Below, one piece after another: positions 53,690-64,000 of a DNA stretch of 64,000 nt. Positions within the stretch are counted from its first letter, which is position 1. Every line of letters begins with the position of its first letter. A program made the position numbers and the translations under genes. This stretch comes from Felis catus (lineage: Eukaryota): positions 219,544,001 to 219,608,000 of the forward strand of contig NC_058368.1 of assembly GCF_018350175.1 (NCBI RefSeq). Direction: 5' to 3'. Under the pieces are notes generated by a model. That model worked only from the letters and a program-made list of their open reading frames with translations, did not search any database and had not been told where the DNA came from.

Positions 53690-54060
53690 ACTTTTATGTT
53701 TTTTTTTTAATTCTAGTGTAGCTAAAATACAGTGTTACATTAGTTTCAGGTGTACAATATAGTGAGTCAACACTTCCATACCTTACTCAGTTCTCATCAA
53801 GATAAGTGTACTCTCAATCCCTTTCACCTATTTCACCCATCACCAACTCCCCCCACCAACTCCCCTCTGGTGACCATCTGTTCTCTAGTTTTTTGGTTTT
53901 TCTCTCTCTCTTTCCTTTTTTTCCCCTTTGTTCATTTCTTTTGTCTCTTAAATTCCACATATGAGTGAAATCATATGGTATGTGTTTTTCTCTGACTGAC
54001 TTACTTCACTTAACATTATACTCTCTAGATCCATCCATGTGGTTTCAAATTACCAAAATA
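53690..54060 (-). mobile_element. Carnivore L1 3' fragment
   Basis: cagtgttacattagtttcaggtgtacaatatagtga...aaattccacatatgagtgaaatcatatggtat. Confidence 0.88.
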
Positions 54061-56400
54061 TTTTCTTCCGTTCACATACAGCATCACAAATCACATACAT
54101 GGCAATCATGTACAGCTCTCATCTGCCAGCATGAATTCCCCATAATTGCCTCTTCCCCAATCCATTTGTCTTCATTGAAATGGATCCATTCTTGGATATT
54201 TTTAACTTTGAAGGCTTTATATAGCCAATATACATACTTAATTTTACCTATTAAATACTGTCCAAGCATTTTCTTGGCCTAGCTCTTCATTGACTTTAAC
54301 AGCCTGTGTTCTGTGTTCCTGGTTTCAAAGTGGCCTTTTTCAAAAGAAATCTATTATCTAAGGAGAATTCAATTTAAATCCAGGGGTGTTAAGTGGCAAT
54401 GTAAAATATTATCCAGACAATGAAATAGATTTTGCATCCTCTTATAGATTGATGGTTATCATATGTCAAAATATGTCCGTGGATTTTTGAAACAAAAGTA
54501 AAATATGTAATCAGAATGCAAGTCTGAGAAACGACTCCATTTATGTGTATCATTGCAATACAATTAATGACGTTATTGCTTATTAATGACAAAGTCTATG
54601 GCATAAAGGTTGTTGTATAATTGAATCAATGCTAACTTGATATAGAAAATTCAACTTAATATTTTGAGATATTAATCTTGATGGACCATGTAGTTTAAAA
54701 ATATATATGTGTAATCAGAAATATAATAGTTTTACTAATGCAATGTACTTATGGAATAGATAGGACTGGGGACATTTTAAATTGTTTATGTCATATAGTG
54801 TAGATGTTAATATAATAATCAAAGGGCTTTACTTAAATGTTTGTTCTGGAAATGATTTTAAAAAATAAAATGAAAATTAGCACACAGAATTTGCCAATAG
54901 AGAATCAGAAAATATAATTATGTCATGTTTGAAAAAGAACCAGGATCTCTCTGTATCTTTAACATAATCTTACATACTTCCTAAATTTTTAATTCTTTTT
55001 AAAACCAAATTATAAGAAGATGAAACACACATAAAATTATATGACATGGACAATACTGCTTAATTTTGATCTACATATTGCAACTTCACGGCATATTTCT
55101 ATAGAAATAAGAAAACTTATTTGCCAGAACGTCAAAGAAGTCAGTTGTTCTTTTTCTCATTTAACAAATACTTGTGGATCCCCGTGTCAGATATGAACAT
55201 ATTTCTCAAGGAGTTCTCAGTCTGTTAGGGAGGAAGATTCAGTAAGAGAAATAATATTCATTGAGTGCCTACTCTGTCAAGAATGATGCTTGATTTTGTC
55301 GTCTTTGATTTCCTGTTTGAGATGTAACTCACATGCTGATGTTGCTGGGAATTCCAAATACAACGTGGTAAGTGGCAGAGATGGGTAGTACAGGCGCTTT
55401 TGTGTGTAAGGTATGTTGAGTCTTTTAGAGTAAAAGAACTTTGTCAACTTGAGACAGAATTCATGATTTTTCCAGATACAGAGATTCAGTGTTTTACAAA
55501 CTAATGTGTGACTGGGAAGACATGTTGTTTGCATGCAAAACTGAATTCACATTTTGATAATAGAGAGGGCTAGAGCTTATTGAGGAGATTTGTTAATTAC
55601 TCTCCTGTTCCATTTAGAACTGATTTAAAATAAAAATCTAAAATAAGCAATCCTCAAAAGTAAAATCACATTAGCTGTATTGACAAGATATGTCATTCCT
55701 CTAATGCAGTTTATTCAAAACCCAGCATAAGGATTATAAATTTAAATGGATTTTTGGAAATATTATACAAGTTTGGAACATCAAAAGAGAAAAGAGTTTT
55801 ATGGCACTTCAAAAATCATTTTGTATTGTCACTCACAAAACACCATTTAAAAATAATGTTTTATAAAAATACTAAAATAAATGACAGCTGTGGCTTAAGA
55901 AAAGATATGCCAAAACTGAATGTTACTTTAGGACTTGTTACCTTTATTTTGCTTTGTTTTTTTAACACGGAGTATTAAATATAACTTGAGGATGATGCTG
56001 GCTAACTCAGGCACTATAAAGCATGTGTAAGCCACTAGCATTGTGAACTGGCAGGAACCAATGAGGGGTATAGCTAGCTTAAATCTTGCCTGACAATCCC
56101 CCAAATAATGGGATTTATGCCAACTATATCAACCTGATTGATCAACCTGGCAGTAGGCTTTAGAATGACTCCCAACACGATGCCTTTAATCAATTTGCAG
56201 CATAGTTGGTTTTTTATACATATACTAAGACTTTATTTGGTACAAATGTGTGAAAACTCCTTTCCCAAAATTTTCTGTTTTTTTAAACACCTCTTGTCAA
56301 AATATATGCATTTTTTAATGATACATGTGGTTAACAAGCTGAAGCTTCATGGGTATCATACCATGAAGTTACTGAATATCATCCTAAAATGGTAACCTAT

Positions 56401-56617
56401 TATTTTTAAATTTTTTTTAATGTTTATTTATTTTTGAGAGGGAAAGAGACAGAGCATGAGTGGGGGAGGGGCAAAGAAAGAGGGAGACACAGAATCCAAA
56501 GCAGGCTCCAGGCTCTGAGCTGTCAGCAAAGAGCCTGATACAGGGCTCGAACCCATAAACCGCAAGATCATGACCTGAGCTGAAGTCAGATGCTTAACCA
56601 ACTGAGCCACCCAGGGG
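56401..56617 (-). mobile_element. CanSINE
   Basis: Antisense SINE gagacacagaatccaaagcaggctccaggctctgagc...gagccacccagg. Confidence 0.94.
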
Positions 56618-56697
56618 TTACGATAACCTACTCTTCTAATGAAAATAATATTGTCTCCAATTTCATCACTAAGAAAAAAACTATGCTTCTGGGAGTG

Positions 56698-56702
56698 TTT
56701 TT

Positions 56703-56754
<52 letters not shown>

Positions 56755-56781
56755 TTTTCTTTCTTTTTCTTTTCTTTCTTT

Positions 56782-56856
<75 letters not shown>
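56698..56856. repeat. Complex (TTTC)n tetranucleotide repeat
   Basis: About 160 bp of uninterrupted pyrimidines on the + strand. Confidence 0.97.
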
Positions 56857-57093
56857 GTTTTTGCATTAGATCCTTATTGTAATTCCCTAACAAAATTTGC
56901 AGCTTCTGGCTAAAGTCAGCTGGTATTGTAACCACCTGTAATCCCAACTATCTTGTAGGAAAAGTACTTCACGTTCAGTTGAATATGGCAATAGGTAGTG
57001 ATTTAATAACACAAATATTCAGAAGACCAGCGTTTGAATGTGGAACAAAGTGGCAGCTCCTGCCTCCAGAAGAAGAGGGAGGTGGAGATGGGG

Positions 57094-57095
<2 letters not shown>

Positions 57096-57124
<29 letters not shown>
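57096..57124. repeat. (GT)n microsatellite
   Basis: Seen directly. Confidence 0.95.
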
Positions 57125-57125
<1 letters not shown>

Positions 57126-57296
57126 ACCAATGCACACAAGTGTATGTGAGATAAATCAATGAAACAGTCTTCGTTCTACATCAGTACTATGGACTTGTAT
57201 GAACTTATCATATGTTACTGTGTGTTCGCATTACAACATTTTCTCCTACAAACCAATAATACTGCCATGTATTTTTCTTTGCTTTTTTTTGTTCAG

Positions 57297-57433
57297 ATTT
57301 TCCTTGGATCGCCATACTGACCTTGACAGGATCTTTAACATACATTCTGGAAATGGATCCCTTTATACTTCAAAGCCACTTGACCGTGAACTATCTCAAT
57401 GGCACAATCTAACTGTTATAGCTGCTGAAATCA
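57297..57433 (+). CDS. CDH10: Cadherin-10 exon (EC4), 137 bp, phase 2 to 1
   Basis: tttttttgttcag| and ATC A|gtaaga. Encodes (R)[45 protein letters not shown]. Confidence 0.96.
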
Positions 57434-57507
57434 GTAAGATGACACTTTTGTATATAATATTTAACATATAGTTTTAGGTTTTATTTTATTTTAAAAATAA
57501 TTCCTTC

Positions 57508-57705
57508 TGGGGCTGGGTGGCTCAGTTGGTTAAGTGTCCAACTTCAGCTCAGGTCATGATCTCACAGTTTGTGGGTTTGAGCCCCACATCCAGCTCTGTG
57601 CTGACGGCTTGGAGCCTGGAGCCTGCTTCAGATTCTGTGTCTCCCTCTCTCTCTGCCCCTCCCCCACTAATTCTCTCTCTCAAAAATAAATAAACATCAA
57701 AAAAA
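57508..57705 (+). mobile_element. CanSINE
   Basis: ggggctgggtggctcagttggttaag head. Flanked by aaaaataattcc. Confidence 0.94.
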
Positions 57706-57974
57706 AATAATTCCCTCATTATATGCATGAATTGTAATTTTAGTCTAAGTTTTTAAAAGGCTTCTTAACACCTTTAATTCTTTTCAATAATTTATATATA
57801 ACTGAGGCATCACTACAGGTATCCCAAATCAACATTTAATATTGACTAATAAAAATTATCTAGAATTGGACACCAAAGATATCCTCTTTGGGGGAGAAAT
57901 AAATGCATTAAATTTATTGCATGGACACTGTAAATTAAAATCAATGCTAAACATTGGGTGTGTACCATTTAAAA

Positions 57975-58191
57975 ATTTTTTTTCAATGTTTAGTTATTTT
58001 TGAGACAGAGAGAGAAAGAGAGAGCATGAGCAGGGGAGGGGCAGAGAGAGAGGGAGGCACAGAATCCGAAGTAGGCTCCAGGCTCTGAGCCGTCAGCACA
58101 GAGCCTGAAATGGATCTTGAACCCATGAATCCTGAGATCATGACTTGAGCCAAAGTCGGAAGCTTAACCAACTTAGCCACCCAGGCACCCC
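57975..58191 (-). mobile_element. CanSINE
   Basis: Antisense SINE ending gccacccaggcacccc. Flanked by ggtgtgt. Confidence 0.93.
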
Positions 58192-58214
58192 AGGTGTGTT
58201 TAATTTAACAACAT

Positions 58215-58570
58215 GCATGTAGGCAGGTATTATTATTACTTCCTTCTTACAGATGAGGAGACCAAGATATTGATAATAATAGCTAACATTAAGCACTCTG
58301 TGCCAGGTATTATTCTAAGAATTTTATATTAATTTTCTCCTACTCATATTTTTATTGACTTTATATATCAGAGAAGGAACTAAGGCTTCAAGGGTTTTGG
58401 AAACTTGCCAAAGTCCTAATACCAGAAGTAGTAAAACTAAGATTTAAAACTAGTCATTCTGTTTCTAGATCCAGTATTTAATTCTATACCTAATTTACAA
58501 AATTTCATCCCAGTAATAACAGGGAGAGCCAGGATTCAAAATCATATCTGTATCTAATTGCAAAGGTTCT
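58215..58570 (-). mobile_element. MIR relics (possibly nested)
   Basis: cttacagatgaggagaccaag; agcactctgtgccaggtattattctaag; aacttgccaaagtcc; gagagccaggattcaaa. Confidence 0.6.
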
Positions 58571-60984
58571 TGCCCATCCAAATGACTTGCTACATAATTT
58601 TCAGAGCCCATTATAAAATAAAAGTGTCAGACCTGTTGTTAAAAATGATTAAGATGTTTAACATGGCAACAACAGAGGCTTAAAATAAGTGTGGGGCCCT
58701 TCTTAGAGTAAGGCCCTGTACAATTGCCTATGAAGCCAGCTTTGTCCACTCAAGCAAACTTATTCGTGGTTTCTAATTCCTGTCATGTGATTTACATGGA
58801 TAAAGCAACTCTTTAACTGTTTTAAAAAGAAGCATTAATTAGTTACTGAATGATGGGGAAAAACTAAGCCTATAAATTCCAAATCTGAAATACCAGGCTG
58901 AATCCACAAACACATATCAAAGTGAAGTTATTTGAAGCCACCATTCCAGGATTTGGAAGGCAGAGCCTTGGGGCCAAATTGGCAAAAGTCTCAGAAGGAC
59001 GGAACTAGGCTGGACAGATCATTAACAATGAATTCAATCAAGATAAAATAGTAGATTTAGCTTTGTCCTTAAATCTGGCTCTGAAATACAGATTAACTCC
59101 ACCATCCAAATGACCCAGTTTTTCTGTATTGTGATATAAATGTCTGTGCCTTTTAAGGCTAACTGAAGATTTTTTTTTTTGAGTTTTTATGTTCAGGAAA
59201 GCATTTACTTCCATTACCTATCTCCATATTACCATGTTGCCATGTGTCTGACAGGGTCCAATCTGATCATTCCAGAATCATGATTGTGCTCTCTCCTTGA
59301 CTCAAGATCCTAATTCAAGCCTAACGAGTTAGGAATTGCATTTTCCATTTCAGATACTTTGAGAAATTTAACTTCTAAAGCTAGTTGAAATAATTACGAT
59401 TCTGTAAAAAGCAAAGCCAATTATGTTCTTCTTTTTAAGAACTAAGCCTATTTTTTGCCCTTAAGTGAAATCAATTTATGGAGTAGCTGCTGGAAATGCC
59501 TACCTGCCAAGCCACAAGCAGTCAGGGGCCCATTATGCTGTTCTGGCTATTAAAGGAATAAGGGAGAGAGGGAAACAGCGTATATAGGAAATTGTTTTTC
59601 CTAGATTTTAAGCACTGGGTTTGTGGTAAGTGTGCATTACACCAAGCCCTAAGCAGGACAGAATGATGTTTAAATGGACTTCTTACCAATGCGATTTCAG
59701 GCCCTGCCTCTAACAGTTTAATTCTACATTCCACAGCAGTGTAGCACATCATATGGCAAGCACTGCTCCAGGTAATTATTTAGTGCGTTATACCGTGAAA
59801 AAACTTCCCTTTTTCTTCTTCAAGAAACATTTTTAAACGCCATTTGGAGAATAAAAACCCTAAAATTAAGGTCACACTTGGATTGTAGAAACCTGTTGTA
59901 GACACTAATGAGTTCCTCTGCCCACATCTGAAAATTTGGCTATAATCATCGCGATACATTCTGAGAACAGGAGAGCGAAGTTCATGACCAAAGAACTCCA
60001 TTTTCTATGCATGGTTCCTTGACAGTAGAAATTCTTGCCCTAAGCAGGTAGAAAAGATACATCTTTCTAAAGCCTCGGATTTCTAGATAACAATCTAAGC
60101 TTTCCTTTTCTTGGGTACGGAAAAGCCTGTTGAATACATAGGAATGCTCTCACATTTTAAGATCCTTTATTGCTGATACATTGTTGCTACAGTGGAGTGC
60201 GCCTGGATGACTCAGAGAGAGACCCAGGTGGTAAACATATGCCAGCTACCATTCTGTATGATGACTCTTGGAATGCTTTATGTTTTTATTTGTACATAAG
60301 CTGCAACATCTATCTGTAAAAAGATTAGTGTAAGCACTGTTGTTTGAATAGGTGACTCTGGGCCTGATGCTTTATAAGCACATTTATCCCTGTGGATTTA
60401 GCTTTTGATTTGAAGAGACTGGAATTGTTTGTAAAGAAGCTGGAGAATCTTCATATGGTGTCAGGCAAAGGACTAACAATGCAGTTGTTTAGATCTGATT
60501 CTTTTCTGTCTCTCTTGGCTTCTGCAGCATAGTTAGAAAGTGAATTGCTATCAGCAAGTTATTTTTATGTCAGGACTCTATATTGAAAGAAAATATTTTG
60601 CTTATGTCTACTATTTAAGTATATGAAAAAGAACATACTAGAAAATATGGAAGAATCATCCCTTCCCACTACTCCCCATAGCAACAAATAACTCTAGGTA
60701 GATTGAGGATTATTTGCAGGTGAACACTTTGTAGGTGAACTCTGGCTATTTGCAAATTGTTTAGGACTAAGGGAGGTAGAAAAGAGTGGAATGGACTGTT
60801 CTTTTTTATCTCCTCTCTCCACTTCTCCCCGCACATGGTCCTCTTCAGACCTGTACGAACTGTAGGAAACCAGTTAACACATTTTTATTGTGTGAGTGCT
60901 TTGTGTGGAGTAACATAGCATAAGCTCTCAAGGAATGTAAGAAAATGAAAAAGGTATGATGCTGATAATAAAGATGATCTTAAT

Positions 60985-61215
60985 AATAATAATCAACATG
61001 TATTGAGCAATTAACCAACAAAGTAATTCTTTTCTTTTTTTTTGGATAGTTTTCATGCATTAACTCCATAGATTAGAAGTTCTATTTTGATTTATACTGA
61101 GTAAATTGAGGCATTAAAGAGATGGAGTAAATTGGCCAAAGTCACACAGTGAGTAAGTGGTGAATCTGGGAATCAAAGCAGCTGTGTTCCCAGGGTCTGA
61201 ACTCTATAACCACCT
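60985..61215 (-). mobile_element. MIR relic
   Basis: gagtaaattgaggcattaaagagatggagtaaattggccaaagtcacacagtgagtaagtgg. Confidence 0.7.
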
Positions 61216-61769
61216 GACACACAAGAAGTGAACAATAGGTAGCAATACATTAGTAAATATGAGATCAGAACCTGAGAATGGAATATATATGGTTTAAAAA
61301 GTGTAAGACTGGAAAAGAGTGTTAAAGAGAGGATGCCTTTTAAATTTCCCTCGAGAAAAGGAAGGCAGATAAACACACTTCAAATAGATTTAGAACTCTG
61401 TTTGCTTCCTTCATATGACTTTAACCTTGTAAACGTTCCTGCTGAGTAATCAGTTCTTAAGCATTATTTTTAAAAGTGCTGATTTCATTATTTTAGTAAC
61501 ATCATAATTACATGGAGAGAAAGGGGAAGAAATAAATTCTTTTGAATAGTAACATACACCCTATCTGGGTATGACAATAATTTTTACTCTTGTATTTGAA
61601 AATCATTGAGATAAATAGAAAGTCAGATAAATTTCACAAAAGTAAATAATACTATCCATAAACCCTGTGGATAAAGGCCATTTAATAACATTGCTATTGT
61701 CCCTCACCTCATATGTTATTTTTTGTTTTGCTTTGCTTTTATTTGTTATTTATTATTCTTATTATCATT

Positions 61770-64000
61770 ACTATTAGTTTTAAATTTACATCAAAGTTAA
61801 TTAACATATAGTGTAATAATGATTTCAGAATAGAATTTAGCGATGCATCACTTACATGTAACACCAGTACTCATCCCAACAAGTATCCTCCTTAATGCAC
61901 ATCACCCATTTAGCCCATCCCCCCACCCAACACCCCACCATCAACCCTCAGTTTGTTCTCTGTATTTAAGAGTCTCTTACGGTTTGTCTTTCTGTTTTTA
62001 TAGTATTTTGCTTCTCTTCCCTTATTTCATCTGGTTTGTATCTTAAATTCCACATATGAGTAAAGTCATATGATATTTGTCTTTCTCTGACTTATTTTGT
62101 TAAGCATAATACACTCTAGTTTCATTCACATCTTTACAAATGGTAACATTCCATTCTTTTTGATGGGTGAGTAATATTCCATTGTTTACATATACCATCT
62201 CTTTATTCATTCATCAGTCGATTGACATTTGGGAGTTTTTCATACTTTGGCTATTGTCGATATTGCTGCTATAAACATTGGGCTGCATGTGCCCCTTCGA
62301 AACAGCACACCTGTATCCCTTGGATAGATGCCTAGTAGTGCAATTGCTGAGTCGCAGGGTAGTTCTATTTTTGGTTTTTTGAGGAACCTCCATACTGTTT
62401 TCCAGAGTGGCTGCACCAGCTTGCATTCCCACCAGCAGTGCAAAAGAGATCCTCTTTCTCCGCATCCTTGCCAACATTGGTTGTTGCCTGAGTTGTTAAT
62501 GTTAGCCATTCTGACAGGTGTGAGGTGGTATCTCATTGTGGTTGTGGTTTGTATTTCACTGATGATCAGTGATGTTGAGCATTTTTTTCATGTGTCTGTT
62601 AGCCATCTGGATTTTTTTTTCTTTGGAAAAGTGTCTATTCATGTCTTTTACCCATTTCTTCACTGGATTATTTGTTTTTGGGTTTTTGAGTTTTATAAGT
62701 TCTTTAAAGATTTTGGACACTAACCCTCTATTTGGTATGTCATTTGCAAATATCTTCTCCCATCCTGTCAGTTGCCTTTTAGTTTTGCTGATTGTTCCAT
62801 TTGGTATGCAGAAGTTTTTTTTATCTTGATGAGGTCCAATAGTTCATTTTTGCTTTTGTTTCCTTTGCCTCTGAAGATATCCAATAAGAAGTTCCTGCAG
62901 TCAAGGTCAAAAAGGTTGTTGCCTGTTTTCTCCTTTAGGATGTTAATGGCTTCCTGTCTTATGTTTAGGTCTTTCATCCATTTTGAGTTTATTTCTGTGT
63001 ATGGTTAAAGAAATTGGTCCAGGTTCATTTTTCTACATGTTTCCATTCAGTTTTCCCAACACCATTTGCTGAAGAGACAGTCTTTTTTCCATTGGATATT
63101 CTTTCATTAATTGGCCATATATTTGTGGGTCCATTTCTGGGTTCTCTATTATGTTCCATTGATTGATGTATCTGTTTTTGTGCCAGTACCCTATTGTCTG
63201 GATGAATATTGCTTTGTAATATAGCTTGAATTCCAGAATTGTGATGCCTCCAGCTTTGTTTTTAGTTTTTTGTTGTTTTTTTTTTTGTTTTTGTTTTTGT
63301 TTTTTGTTTGTGTGTGTGTTTGATTTTTTTTGCATTATTTTGGCTATTCAGGGTCTTTTCTGGTGCCATACAAATTTTAAGATTGTTCTAGCTCTTTGAA
63401 GAATGTTGGTGTTATTTTGATAGGAATTTCATTGAATATGTAGTTTGCTTTTGGCAGTATTGGCATTTTAACAATATTTGTTCTTCCAATCCATGAGCAT
63501 GGAATGTTTTTCCATTTTTTTGTGTGTCTTCTTCAATCTCTTTCATAAACTTTCTATAATTTTCAGTATAGTGTCAGTGTATAGATTTTTCACCTCTTGG
63601 TTAGTTTTATTCCTAGGTATTTTATGGTTTTGGGTGTAATTGTAAATGGGATCGATTCTTTGATTTCTCTTTCTGCTGCTATATTGTTGGTGAATAGAAA
63701 TTCAACTGATTTCTATATGTTGATTTTATAGCCTGTGACTTTGCTGAATTCATGGATCAGTTCTAGCAGTTTTTTTGGTAGAGTCTTTTGAGTTTTTCAC
63801 ATAGAGTATCATGTCATCTGCAAAGAGTGAAAATTTGACTTCTTTCTTGCCAGTTTGGATGCCTTTTATTTCTTTGTGTTGTCTGATTGCTGAGGTGAGG
63901 ACTTCCAACAGTATATTGAATAACAGAGGTGAGAGTGGATATCCTTGTTGTGTTCCTGGACTTATGGGGAGAGCTCTCAGTTTTTCCCCATTGAGGATGA
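61770..64000 (-). mobile_element. Carnivore LINE-1 (3'UTR and disrupted ORF2 C-terminus), continuing past the window end
   Basis: ORF2 fragments in different frames: [11 protein letters not shown]...[21 protein letters not shown] (62240-62536), KDLNIRQEAINIL (62768-62977) and [18 protein letters not shown]...YWHKNR (63033-63335). Confidence 0.95.

Noticed and set aside
56590..56947. FLSF/KKER-repeat ORFs
   Set aside because: These are translations of the (TTTC)n microsatellite.
22770..57433. Alternative assignment to CDH6, CDH7 or CDH9
   Set aside because: Peptides such as [29 protein letters not shown] and [11 protein letters not shown] match recalled CDH10 specifically. BLASTP would confirm.
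62214..63335. L1 ORF2 as an active gene
   Set aside because: It is split across frames by stops and frameshifts and interrupted by a T/G-rich expansion at about 63256-63330, so it is a dead copy.

Overview
This is AT-rich mammalian genomic DNA from a felid; the SINEs match the cat-type CanSINE/SINEC_Fc consensus. The window lies inside a type II cadherin gene on the + strand, which I recognise from recall as CDH10. Six consecutive internal coding exons are present (22770-23064, 24569-24688, 25109-25276, 50134-50321, 52300-52553, 57297-57433). All have GT-AG borders and splice into one open frame covering EC1 to EC4. The first coding exon and the 3' exons lie outside the window. The rest is intron filled with about 24 CanSINEs, carnivore and ancient L1 fragments, MaLR/ERVL solo LTRs, MER20/MER33, MIR/L2 relics and microsatellites. 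The most unexpected element is a GC/CpG-rich processed pseudogene of ninjurin-1 (NINJ1-like, - strand, about 9098-9827). Its poly(A) tail and degenerate target-site duplication point to a + strand insertion, so nearly the whole cDNA appears inverted (twin priming). It also carries + strand splice signals. I see no convincing evidence for a wholly new biological system. The findings are retrotransposition mechanics and testable splicing hypotheses. All family and gene calls are from recall, not database searches.
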